A DNA stretch of 51,167 nt from Melioribacteraceae bacterium (GCA_027013735.1 JALWGH010000076.1:1-51167), one strand, 5' to 3'. Numbered from the stretch's first letter, positions 20,876 to 29,210 are shown. Notes: generated by a model from the letters alone, not told the origin. Numbers and translations are program-made.

Positions 20876-21361
20876 ATGAAAAAGAGTGAGAAATCTGAGT
20901 TACTGCCCGAACACGGCTATTGCTTTGTTTGCGGTTCGCAAAATCCGAAAGGAATCGGCTTAAGATGGTACGGTTACAAAAACGGCGAAATACGCTCGAC
21001 GTTTACATTAGGTAAAGAACAGCAAGGTCCGCCTAATTTTGCACACGGCGGGGCGTCGGCTGCAATCCTCGACGAAATAATGGGAATGGCGGCGTGGTAC
21101 GCCGGTTACAAAATAGTTTCGGTAAATTTGAATATTAATTATTTACTGCCGGTTCCGCTCGGTGTGGAACTAAAAGCGAGAGGGTACATTTTTAAGAAGG
21201 AAGGCAAGAAACTTTTTGCCCGCGGGGAGATAATTTTACCCGACGGCAAAATTGCGGTGAAAGGTGCATCCGTGCTCGTTGAACCGGAAGGATTTTTTGA
21301 CGGAGTAAGCGACGAGTACAAAAGTCTTGTGGAAAAAGTGGAAGCGCGGAGAAAGGAATAA
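20876..21361 (+). CDS. PaaI-family hotdog-fold thioesterase
   Basis: GYCFVCGSQNPKGIGLRW...FAHGGASAAILDEIMG pattern. Confidence 0.7.
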   Translation: MKKSEKSELLPEHGYCFVCGSQNPKGIGLRWYGYKNGEIRSTFTLGKEQQGPPNFAHGGASAAILDEIMGMAAWYAGYKIVSVNLNINYLLPVPLGVELKARGYIFKKEGKKLFARGEIILPDGKIAVKGASVLVEPEGFFDGVSDEYKSLVEKVEARRKE

Positions 21362-21364
21362 AAT

Positions 21365-22243
21365 TTATTTTCCGGAAAGTTTTTTGCAGAGGAATTCCAG
21401 CGCTTTTACAAATCTTGGTCCGGGACGGAAAAACAAATCGGGATTAATTTCGTAAACACTGCCTGTTTTAATGGCGTTCAGGTTTTTCCACTCGGGGAAA
21501 AGTTTCAGTAAACCCGAAGTGTCTTTGATTTTTCCTTCGGGTAAAATAATAACGTCGGGATTGTCTTTTAGAATTTCTTCCCTTCCGAAAACCGGGTAAT
21601 TCAATGGCGAAGAGTCCGCAACGTTTTTTAAATTACAAAATTTGAGATATTCGTTAACGAAAGTGTTTTTTCCCGCAAGCATTAACGGACTCAAAGAAAC
21701 AACGAACATTGCCTTTAATTTGTTTTTGCTTTTTCGCTCTTTGCGGATTTTTTCAACCTGTCTGTCCCATTGGCTAATAATTGAATCGGCGTGTGCGCTG
21801 TCGTTAAAGATTAAAGCGAAATCGCGGAAGGTTTTTTTTATTCCTTCATAATTTCTCGGGTTAGAAACAAATATTTTGAAGCCTAATTTTAGAAGTCTTT
21901 CGTACGTGCCTTTTGTGTTTCCTTCAACGGTCATAAATATTAAATCGGGTGAAAGACCGATTAGTTTTTCGTAATTGACCGAGAACAAGTCCCCGACCTT
22001 TGTTTTATTTTTTGCTTCCGGCGGGTAATTGCAATAAGTTGTGTTTGCAATTATTTTGTCCCCTTCCCCCAATGCAAACAGCATTTCGGTTAAGTTAGGC
22101 GCCAATGTAACAACACGTTTTGGAATTTCGGAAATACGGATTTCATTTCCCAAATCGTCTTTAATTACCTTTGCGTCAAGAGAAAAATTTGCAAGACTTA
22201 GAAGCGCGACGGAGAAAAGAAATAAAAGCGTTTTGATTTTCAC
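21365..22243 (-). CDS. ABC transporter periplasmic substrate-binding protein (BtuF/siderophore class)
   Basis: Signal peptide, then PKRVVTLAPNLTEMLFALG...PDLIF...NPDVIILP, typical of cluster A-II binding proteins. Confidence 0.7.
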   Translation of the reverse strand: MKIKTLLFLFSVALLSLANFSLDAKVIKDDLGNEIRISEIPKRVVTLAPNLTEMLFALGEGDKIIANTTYCNYPPEAKNKTKVGDLFSVNYEKLIGLSPDLIFMTVEGNTKGTYERLLKLGFKIFVSNPRNYEGIKKTFRDFALIFNDSAHADSIISQWDRQVEKIRKERKSKNKLKAMFVVSLSPLMLAGKNTFVNEYLKFCNLKNVADSSPLNYPVFGREEILKDNPDVIILPEGKIKDTSGLLKLFPEWKNLNAIKTGSVYEINPDLFFRPGPRFVKALEFLCKKLSGK

Positions 22244-22328
22244 GAAGACAACCGGAATTTTTAAAGAAAAATAAACCTTAAATCTAATAATATTTTGAAA
22301 TTTTTATTCATTGATTTATTTTTGCGGT

Positions 22329-22401
22329 GCATCCTTAGCTCAGTTGGTAGAGCATCTGACTCTTAATCAGCAGGCCGGGGGTTCGAGTCCCCCAGGATGC
22401 A
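22329..22401 (+). tRNA. tRNA-Lys (anticodon CTT)
   Basis: Acceptor GCATCCT/AGGATGC; D arm GCTCAGTTGGTAGAGC; anticodon loop CTCTTAA; T arm GGGGGTTCGAGTCCCCC; discriminator A. CCA is not encoded. Confidence 0.9.
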
Positions 22402-22407
22402 CACCGG

Positions 22408-22432
22408 AGCCTTGTAAATCAAGGCTTTTTTT
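22408..22432 (+). terminator. Rho-independent terminator after tRNA-Lys
   Basis: agccttgTAAATcaaggct followed by T7. Confidence 0.8.
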
Positions 22433-22539
22433 ATTTCCAAACTTTTTGCCCGGAATTCCGCAGTGGAATTTCGGGTTTTGTTTTATTGGGATTATTTTTC
22501 ATTTTAAAGACTGCTGTTCAAATGATTGTTCAACATATA

Positions 22540-22730
22540 GTAGGGGACGCAAAGTTTGCGTCCCCTACAACAGATAGATTAATTGTTCGTAGCTCGTAGG
22601 GACAGCTCGTGAGCTGTCCCCATGATGAGAAACAAATTAAAATTTTAACCGTGGAGACAACTTGCAAGTTGTCCCTACCAATCACGTTATCGTTCAACAG
22701 CCGTAGGGACAAGTCGCGACTTGTCCCTAC
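22540..22730 (+). repeat. REP array, 4 units upstream of the RAYT-like gene
   Basis: Palindromes at 22540-22568 (gtaggggacgcaaagtttgcgtcccctac), 22596-22621, 22651-22678 and 22703-22730 (gtagggacaagtcgcgacttgtccctac). The first and fourth units are preceded by a ...gttcaaca... linker; the second has only a weak version and the third none. Confidence 0.85.
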
Positions 22731-22764
22731 GATTTATTGACAAAGAAAAACAGGGTAAAACAAA

Positions 22765-23406
22765 ATGAAAAACAGAAAACCAAACAGGTTGCCGTTTTTC
22801 GATTATTCAAATCCCGCATGGTATTTTGTTACCATTTGCACGAAAAATCACATTCAACATTTCGGCAAGGTTCAAAACGGAAAAATGATTTTAAACCAAT
22901 TTGGGAAAATTGTTGAGAATGCGTGGAATTGGCTTAGTGAACAATATGATTATTGTAAATTGGACGAATACGTAGTTATGCCAAATCATTTTCATGGGAT
23001 AATTATTATTGACCCAGAATTTAATCAAAATAAGCGTAGGGACAGCTCGCGAGCTGTCCTTACAATCCACAATAACATTCAACAGAATAGTAGGGACAAC
23101 TCACGAGTTGTCCCTACAAATTACGTTAACATTCAACAGGAACGTAGGGACAAGTTGCGACTTATCCCTACGAAAGAGGCAACAAAACACATTAAAATTA
23201 AATCTTTATCTGAGTTGGTTGGGGCATTTAAAACAAAATCCTCTAAAGAAATTCACCTTGCGGGTAATCCCCATTTCAAATGACAGCGGTCTTTTTTCGA
23301 CAGGATAATCCGCAACGAGAGGGAATTGTACAACATCAGAAATTACATTCAACAAAATCCGTTGAAATGGGAGATTGAAAAAGGAGTAGAAAATTTAGAT
23401 TTTTAA
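22765..23406 (+). pseudogene. REP-associated tyrosine transposase (RAYT, IS200/IS605-like Y1 HUH family), interrupted by an in-frame TGA at 23281-23283
   Basis: N-terminal part YFVTICTKNH...VVMPNHFHGIIII (HUH motif). After the TGA, the same frame continues QRSFFDRIIRNERELYNIRNYIQQNPLKWE to TAA 23404-23406. This carries the family C-terminal (W)QxxFxDxIIR...YIxxNP segment with the presumed catalytic Tyr. Confidence 0.7.
23035..23170 (+). repeat. Three REP units inside the RAYT-like reading frame
   Basis: Units begin at 23035, 23089 and 23143, an exact 54-nt period. Each is a GTAGGGACA...TGTCCCTAC-type palindrome. The second and third are preceded by aacattcaacag. Confidence 0.85.
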
Positions 23407-23455
23407 TTAACAAATATTCCACGTGTTTAAATGGAAAAAATGTTGATGTTCAAAT

Positions 23456-23532
23456 GTAGGGGACGCAAATTTTGCGACCCCTACAGATTAAGTTAACGTT
23501 CAGTAATGGGACAGCTCGCGAGCTGTCCCTAC
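23456..23532 (+). repeat. REP array, 2 units downstream of the RAYT-like gene
   Basis: gtaggggacgcaaattttgcgacccctac (23456-23484) and gtaatgggacagctcgcgagctgtccctac (23503-23532). Confidence 0.8.
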
Positions 23533-23638
23533 AAATACCATCTCAAACACAACCAAAATCCACGCATCCCTAATTTTTCAATTAGATTTTCCTTATTTTC
23601 GAGTTGTGAAATTTGAATATTAAACCGGAAAAGGACAG

Positions 23639-24592
23639 ATGAAAGTAACCGAACATCTTGATAAAGCAAAAGAACCCTTAATCAGCTTTGAAATTATTCC
23701 GCCCAAACGCGGCGGGGATATTCACCAATTGCTCAGTGTTCTTGAGGACATTGTAAAATACAATCCCCCGTTCATCGATATTACCAGTCACGCTGCCGAG
23801 ATTGTTTACGAGGAAACAAAGAACGGCGAATTCCAAATGAAAGTAAAGCGCAAAAGACCAGGCACTTTGGGCATTTGCGCATTGATTCAAAATAAATACA
23901 ACATCGACGCCGTTCCGCATGTTATTTGCCACGGCTTTACAAAAGAAGAAACAGAAGACTTTTTAATTGAGCTGCGCTACCTCGGAATAGACAACGTTCT
24001 TGCCGTCCGCGGGGACGAAAGTTCTTTTGACAAACCGGTTAAGTACGGGCGCAGTGTGAACAAATACGCCGTTGACCTTGTGCGTCAAATAAACGATTTG
24101 AACCACGGAAAATATTTGGAAGATTCTTTGTTAAATGCCGATCCGATGAACTTTTGCATTGGCGTTGGCGGTTACCCGGAAAAACATTTCGAAGCGCCGA
24201 ATCTAAAAACCGACATTAAATTCACAAAGGAAAAAGTTGACGCCGGGGCGGATTACATTGTTACGCAAATGTTTTTCGACAACCAAAAGTTTTACAATTA
24301 CGTGGAGCTTTGCCGCGAGGAAGGAATTACCGTGCCGATTATTCCAGGCTTAAAAATAATTACATCCAAACAACAAGTAACGTCTCTACCCAAGAATTTT
24401 TACATTGATTTGCCGGACGAACTTGCCGAGGAAATTCTTGAAGCCAAGCCCGAACACGTAATTGACATCGGCGTTGAGTGGGCTCTTAAACAGACCGAGG
24501 ATTTGCTCAATCACAATGTGCCCGGAATACACTTTTACATAATGCAGAACTCCGGTCCCATTAGCCGCTTAATGAAAAAACTTAATTATTGA
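23639..24592 (+). CDS. metF: Methylenetetrahydrofolate reductase
   Basis: ISFEIIPPKRG...DITSHA...LAVRGD...YPEKH...GADYIVTQMFFD pattern; 317 aa. Confidence 0.88.
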   Translation: MKVTEHLDKAKEPLISFEIIPPKRGGDIHQLLSVLEDIVKYNPPFIDITSHAAEIVYEETKNGEFQMKVKRKRPGTLGICALIQNKYNIDAVPHVICHGFTKEETEDFLIELRYLGIDNVLAVRGDESSFDKPVKYGRSVNKYAVDLVRQINDLNHGKYLEDSLLNADPMNFCIGVGGYPEKHFEAPNLKTDIKFTKEKVDAGADYIVTQMFFDNQKFYNYVELCREEGITVPIIPGLKIITSKQQVTSLPKNFYIDLPDELAEEILEAKPEHVIDIGVEWALKQTEDLLNHNVPGIHFYIMQNSGPISRLMKKLNY

Positions 24593-24644
24593 AACGCAAA
24601 GTTTTGGTAAATAAATATTAAAAACGGAGTTTGAAATTTAGAAG

Positions 24645-25655
24645 ATGAAAATTCAAGAAGTTCCGCAAAAAATCAAAATACCTCATTTCCCCAAAAAACT
24701 TTTGTGGGGAGTGGCTGGCTTGGGGGGATTTGCCGAGAGTTCCGTTATCCCGACGCTTCAACAATTAAAAAGGAGTAAGATCGTTTCGGTTTATTCTGGC
24801 AATAAGGGTCGCGCCGAAGTGATAGGAAAAAAGTTTGCCACCGATAATTTCTTTGACAATTACGATGAATTCCTCAACAGCGGCATCGAAGTGGTTTACG
24901 TTGCAAGCGCAAATCCCGATCATTTTAACCAAACGATTCGGGCTTTGGAAGCCGGCAAGCATGTTTTGTGCGAAAAACCTATGGCAATGACTTCCGCCGA
25001 AGCGGAGCAAATGGTTAAAGTTGCAAAAGAACACAATGTGTTTCTGAGCGTTAACTACGTGCATCGCTTCCACCCATTGTTGAGAAAGGCAAAGGAGTTA
25101 GTGGACAAAATGTTTGTGGGCAAAGTTATTTCAATCTCCGCTGATTTTAATATTGATTATCCGCCCGGGGATAATTACCGTTTTGTCCGCTCCAAAGGCG
25201 GGGGACCTTTGAGGGATTTGGGAACGCACATGTTCGACGTTCTCCGTTACTTAAACGGGGAAATCTCGGAAATAAAAGGCTTTGAAGACAATGTGGTTTA
25301 CAGCAGCGACGTTGAAGATTTTGCAATCGGGACGGTTAAATTTGAAAACGGCGGATACGGCTCGTTTAATGTTTCCTTCAATGCCGCAAAAGCTCCGAAC
25401 GAAATAGTAATTCAAGGGAACAAGGGCTACATTACGATTCAAAACGTTGTGGGCAAAAAGTTTGCCTCGGCAAAGTTAATAATCGACGTTCACGGGGAAA
25501 CGAAAAAGACCTTCAGGAGAAGGGCAAATACTCTGCTGATTCGTTTCCGTGAATTTCAGAAAGCAGTGTTGCACAACACCCAGCCCGAAGTAACGGGCGA
25601 AGACGGTTGGAGAAATTTGATTTTAATCGAGAAGTTCGAAGCTCAATGCAAATAA
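24645..25655 (+). CDS. Gfo/Idh/MocA-family NAD(P)-dependent oxidoreductase
   Basis: N-terminal Rossmann WGVAGLGGFA, and HVLCEKPMAMTSAEAEQM (EKP motif). Confidence 0.85.
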   Translation: MKIQEVPQKIKIPHFPKKLLWGVAGLGGFAESSVIPTLQQLKRSKIVSVYSGNKGRAEVIGKKFATDNFFDNYDEFLNSGIEVVYVASANPDHFNQTIRALEAGKHVLCEKPMAMTSAEAEQMVKVAKEHNVFLSVNYVHRFHPLLRKAKELVDKMFVGKVISISADFNIDYPPGDNYRFVRSKGGGPLRDLGTHMFDVLRYLNGEISEIKGFEDNVVYSSDVEDFAIGTVKFENGGYGSFNVSFNAAKAPNEIVIQGNKGYITIQNVVGKKFASAKLIIDVHGETKKTFRRRANTLLIRFREFQKAVLHNTQPEVTGEDGWRNLILIEKFEAQCK

Positions 25656-26308
25656 AAGAAAAGTTAGTTGAAATATGCCACAAGGTTTACGAAAAGGAAT
25701 TTGTCTCGGCTTTTGACGGCAACCTTTCCGCCCGCCGTGAAGACGGGAATATTTACATTACCCGTTCTGGCGTAAACAAAGGGGATGTAACGCCCGACGA
25801 TATTTTACTGATTGACCCCGAAGGGAGAAAATTGGAAGGCGAGGGAAAAATAACAACCGAGGTCAAGATTCATTTGATTGCTTACAAACACCGTAAAGAA
25901 GTAAATGCCGTAATTCACACTCATCCGGTTTTTGCAACTGCTTTTGCAACAATGGGAGAAGGCTTTACAACGCCTGTTTTTCCCGAAGTTGTTTTAGGTC
26001 TTGGTAAAGTTCCTTTGTGCCGTTACGGAACGCCCTCCACGGACGAACTGCCGGACTCAATGTTGCCCCACATTTCTTACGCGTGGGCATTGCTTTTGGA
26101 AAATCACGGCGCCGTAACATTCGGCAAGAACATTGAGGATGCTTATTTCAAAACGGAAAAGTTGGAGCACACGGCTAAAACCATTTGGGCAATCAGAACA
26201 ATGGGACGCGAGAAAACGATTCCTTTAACAAAATTGAAAAAGCTTTATTCGATTTCCGAAGAGGTTTACGGAATTAAAACAGACGAAAGAAATAGAATGG
26301 ATTACTGA
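25646..26308 (+). CDS. Class II aldolase/adducin-family protein (fuculose-phosphate aldolase / MTRu-1-P dehydratase-like)
   Basis: GNLSAR...ITRSG...E..IHL.....AVIHTHP metal-ligand pattern. Start chosen at ATG 25646 (overlapping the upstream stop) rather than the track start of 25607. Confidence 0.78.
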   Translation: MQIKEKLVEICHKVYEKEFVSAFDGNLSARREDGNIYITRSGVNKGDVTPDDILLIDPEGRKLEGEGKITTEVKIHLIAYKHRKEVNAVIHTHPVFATAFATMGEGFTTPVFPEVVLGLGKVPLCRYGTPSTDELPDSMLPHISYAWALLLENHGAVTFGKNIEDAYFKTEKLEHTAKTIWAIRTMGREKTIPLTKLKKLYSISEEVYGIKTDERNRMDY

Positions 26309-26317
26309 GAGGTTTGA

Positions 26318-27316
26318 ATGAAAGTTGCTTTGGTGTTGGGCGGAATTTCCGCCGAAAGAGAAGTTTCCTTGATGAGCGGTAAAGCAATGTTAGCCGCCGT
26401 TAAGGAATTAGGCTACGATTACGTTTTGGTTGACCCCGCTTACGGAAACGAGCAACCTGAAAATGAAGAAGATTTTTTTAAGGATGGAATAAACTTTCCG
26501 AACAATTCCGCTAATTACATTAAGGCGGTTGAATCGGGAAGATTTGAAAATGTTGACATTGCTTTGCTTGCGTTGCACGGGCAGTTCGGCGAGGACGGTT
26601 TGGTGCAATCCCTGTTTGATTTGAAAGGAATTCCTTACACGGGTTCGGGAGTTTTGCCCAGCTCGATTGCAATGGACAAGTCCGTTTCGAAAATATTGTT
26701 TACGCATTTCGACGTGCAAACCCCGCGTTGGATTTTGCTGAAGGACAAAAGCTACGACCTTGATTTAACGAAAAGGAAAGTAGAAAAGTTTTTCGGTTAC
26801 CCGTGCGTTGTTAAGCCCAACGACCAAGGTTCAACAATCGGGCTGACAATTTGTAATTCGCACGAAGAAATTGAAACCGCTATTGAAAAGGCTTTTGATT
26901 ACGGAAGCAAAGTTTTAATTGAAGAGTTTATTGACGGGCGTGAAATTGCCGTGGGAATTCTTGGCGGAAAAGCCTTGCCTGTTTTGGAGATTGTGCCCCG
27001 GCACGGAATTTACGATTACGAATGTAAGTACGAAGACGGGATGAGCATTTACGAAGTTCCGGCTAAAATTCCCGACGAAACGGCAAAGCGCCTGAAACAA
27101 CAAGCTCTGCTTGCTTACCAAGCGGTTGGATGCACGGCTTACGGTCGTGTGGACTTCCGGCTTTCGAAAAATTTGGAAACTTACTGCCTTGAGGTAAACA
27201 CTTTGCCCGGAATGACAAGCCACTCGCTACTTCCGAAAATGGCGGAAGCTACGGGAATCAGCTTTGCCGAATTGATTGAGAAAATTATTCGGGTTTCGTT
27301 GGATACAAGACGTTAA
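26318..27316 (+). CDS. ddl: D-alanine--D-alanine ligase
   Basis: LGGISAEREVSLMSG...LHGQFGEDG.VQ..F....IPYTGSG...VKPNDQGSTIG...EVNTLPGMT. Confidence 0.9.
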   Translation: MKVALVLGGISAEREVSLMSGKAMLAAVKELGYDYVLVDPAYGNEQPENEEDFFKDGINFPNNSANYIKAVESGRFENVDIALLALHGQFGEDGLVQSLFDLKGIPYTGSGVLPSSIAMDKSVSKILFTHFDVQTPRWILLKDKSYDLDLTKRKVEKFFGYPCVVKPNDQGSTIGLTICNSHEEIETAIEKAFDYGSKVLIEEFIDGREIAVGILGGKALPVLEIVPRHGIYDYECKYEDGMSIYEVPAKIPDETAKRLKQQALLAYQAVGCTAYGRVDFRLSKNLETYCLEVNTLPGMTSHSLLPKMAEATGISFAELIEKIIRVSLDTRR

Positions 27317-27326
27317 TCCTATTTTT

Positions 27327-27384
27327 AATTGAAAGTTGAAAATTTCTAAGCGCTGGATGATTGGATGAATGGATTTTTGGATGG
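27327..27384 (-). repeat. Mosaic intergenic repeat, locus A (W-module plus G-module, inverted relative to loci B and E)
   Basis: aattgaaagttgaaaattt (27327-27345) and tggatgattggatgaatggatttttggatgg (27354-27384). These are the reverse complement of the CATCC-rich and TTCCA-rich modules at 29211-29280 and 41141-41216. Confidence 0.75.
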
Positions 27385-27576
27385 TTTTGATTTACATTAC
27401 TACTTTTTTCCAAGGGATAACATCTTGATTAACCACAGGTTTCAACCTGTGGGATTAGCAAGCGAAAACAACAGAAAAGTTTTGGCGCGATTTTTGGGTT
27501 GGGGTGTTTGAGATAACTACCGCTGTTGGCGGGGCAAGCAAAAATCGTGACAAAACGTTAATGGGAAACCAAACGA

Positions 27577-27867
27577 ATGAAAAGAAAAAAAAATAAAAAT
27601 TATTTTCTCTGGTTCTTTGTTGTGCTGGTTTTGTTGTCTTTGGCGTTCCTTGTTTTTAATTCTTACGGATTGCTTGAATATTGGAAAGCTACCAAAAGAA
27701 ACGCAACCATTACGGAGCAGATAAAGAAAACGGAGAAGGAAATTAACAAAACCGGACTTGAAATAGATTCGTTAAAGACCAGCGAGAAAAAAATCGAACA
27801 GATTGCACGAGAAAAATACAATATGCTGAAGCCGAACGAAGAAGTTTTGAAAGTGGAAAAGAAATAA
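27577..27867 (+). CDS. Septum formation initiator FtsB/DivIC-family protein
   Basis: 96 aa: N-terminal TM helix then a coiled coil, ending IEQIAREKYNMLKPNEEV as is typical of the family. Confidence 0.7.
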   Translation: MKRKKNKNYFLWFFVVLVLLSLAFLVFNSYGLLEYWKATKRNATITEQIKKTEKEINKTGLEIDSLKTSEKKIEQIAREKYNMLKPNEEVLKVEKK

Positions 27868-27868
27868 A

Positions 27869-29161
27869 ATGAGCAAAATAAAAATCCCCGAAATTCCCCT
27901 TGCGGAAAGAATCCGCCCGAAAACATTGGACGAATTCCGCGGGCAAGACCACCTTGTTGGCAGGGGCAAACCGATTCGCACAATGATTGAAAACGATGCT
28001 CTTACATCTTTCATTCTTTGGGGACCGCCGGGAACGGGCAAAACAACTCTTGCAAAAATCATTTCACGTCAAACGGACTCGGAATTTTTTCAGATAAATG
28101 CCGTCTCCTCGGGCGTGCGGGACATTCGTAAAATAATAGAGTTTGCCAAGGAAAACAGAAATTACGGTAAAAAGACAATTTTGTTCATCGATGAAATTCA
28201 CCGCTTTAACAAAGCACAGCAGGATGCTTTGCTCTCGTCGGTTGAATCCGGCGAGATTATTTTAATTGGCGCTACAACCGAAAATCCCTCGTTCGAAGTA
28301 ATTCCCGCTCTGCGTTCCCGGGCAAGGGTTTACGTGCTTAACGAACTTTCCAAAAAAGACCTAAATGACATCATTGATTTTGCTTTGAGCAAGGATGAAT
28401 TTCTGAAATCCCTTAATATTAAAGAGCTTGACAAAGATTATTTGATTTACGCCGGGGGAGGGGATGCGAGAATAATGCTTGGAATCCTTGAAAATGCGGT
28501 TCTGCAGAATATTGACAAGGATGAAATTAAAATCACGAAAGAAGTAATTGAAAATGTAATTCAGAAGAAAAATATTATTTACGACAAAGCTGGCGAGGAG
28601 CATTACAATATTATTTCCGCTTTCATTAAAAGCATTCGCGGCAGCGACCCGGATGCTGCTCTTTACTGGATGGCAAGAATGCTTGAAGGCGGTGAAGACC
28701 CATTGTTTATTGCGCGGCGAATGGTAATACTTGCGTCGGAGGATATTGGCAACGCTTCGCCCAATGCGCTTGTTCTTGCAGAGGCAACATTTTCGGCGGT
28801 TCACAAAATAGGGATGCCCGAAGCCCGCATTATTCTTGCACAATGCGCTACCTACCTTGCTTCTTCGCCTAAGAGTAATGCGTCTTACGTTGCAATTGAA
28901 AAAGCTTTTAGCGACGTTAAAAACAAACCGCTCTTGAAAGTCCCGCTTAAACTGCGAAACGCCCCCACGAAACTGATGAAGGAATTAGGCTATCACAAAG
29001 AGTACAAGTACGCACACGAAGGCAAAAATAATTTCGTGCTTGAAAATTACTTTCCCGACGAAATGAAAGGAACGCAGTATTATTTCCCCACAGAAAACGG
29101 ACTTGAGAAAACCTTAAAAGAAAGATTAAAAAAACTCTGGCATGGGTGGAAAAAATATTAG
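27869..29161 (+). CDS. rarA: Replication-associated recombination protein A (MgsA/RarA AAA+ ATPase)
   Basis: [21 protein letters not shown]...[13 protein letters not shown]...[15 protein letters not shown]...[13 protein letters not shown]. Confidence 0.92.
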   Translation: MSKIKIPEIPLAERIRPKTLDEFRGQDHLVGRGKPIRTMIENDALTSFILWGPPGTGKTTLAKIISRQTDSEFFQINAVSSGVRDIRKIIEFAKENRNYGKKTILFIDEIHRFNKAQQDALLSSVESGEIILIGATTENPSFEVIPALRSRARVYVLNELSKKDLNDIIDFALSKDEFLKSLNIKELDKDYLIYAGGGDARIMLGILENAVLQNIDKDEIKITKEVIENVIQKKNIIYDKAGEEHYNIISAFIKSIRGSDPDAALYWMARMLEGGEDPLFIARRMVILASEDIGNASPNALVLAEATFSAVHKIGMPEARIILAQCATYLASSPKSNASYVAIEKAFSDVKNKPLLKVPLKLRNAPTKLMKELGYHKEYKYAHEGKNNFVLENYFPDEMKGTQYYFPTENGLEKTLKERLKKLWHGWKKY

Positions 29162-29210
29162 TCTGATTTTCTCGCCGGGTATTTTGTCCCCTAATTATCG
29201 TCTTACAGTC

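Noticed and set aside
22244-22328. Cobalamin riboswitch upstream of the BtuF-like gene; SAM or other riboswitch upstream of metF (23533-23638); T-box upstream of leuS
   Set aside because: The leaders are too short or are occupied by repeats. I could not find the conserved B12-box, SAM-I or T-box core sequences by eye. A covariance-model scan would be needed to be certain.
22311-22577. 88-aa plus-strand ORF overlapping tRNA-Lys
   Set aside because: It reads straight through the tRNA, its terminator and the first REP unit, so it is spurious.
23281-23283. Genome-wide TGA reassignment (code 4/25) as an explanation for the in-frame TGA
   Set aside because: Several well-defined genes in the window end at TGA with proper downstream signals or coupled starts (1098-1100, 1633-1635, 9728-9730, 24590-24592, 39616-39618). 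TGA is therefore a stop codon here.
23009-23308. 99-aa alternative-frame ORF across the REP units (…VGTARELSLQ…VGTTHELSLQ…VGTSCDLSLR…)
   Set aside because: It is a repetitive translation of the palindromes in another frame. The frame containing the HUH and C-terminal Tyr motifs is the biologically coherent one.
22540-23532. Possible CRISPR array (regularly spaced ~28-nt repeats)
   Set aside because: The repeats are perfect palindromes that differ from each other. Many of the 'spacers' share a motif (acgttaacattcaacag). Three units lie inside a translated ORF, and there are no cas genes. This fits REP elements around a RAYT, not CRISPR.
25607-25645. The upstream 13 codons of the aldolase ORF as given in the track
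   Set aside because: They would overlap the Gfo/Idh/MocA gene by 49 nt. The ATG at 25646 gives MQIKEKLVEICHKVY, a typical class II aldolase N-terminus, with only a short overlap.
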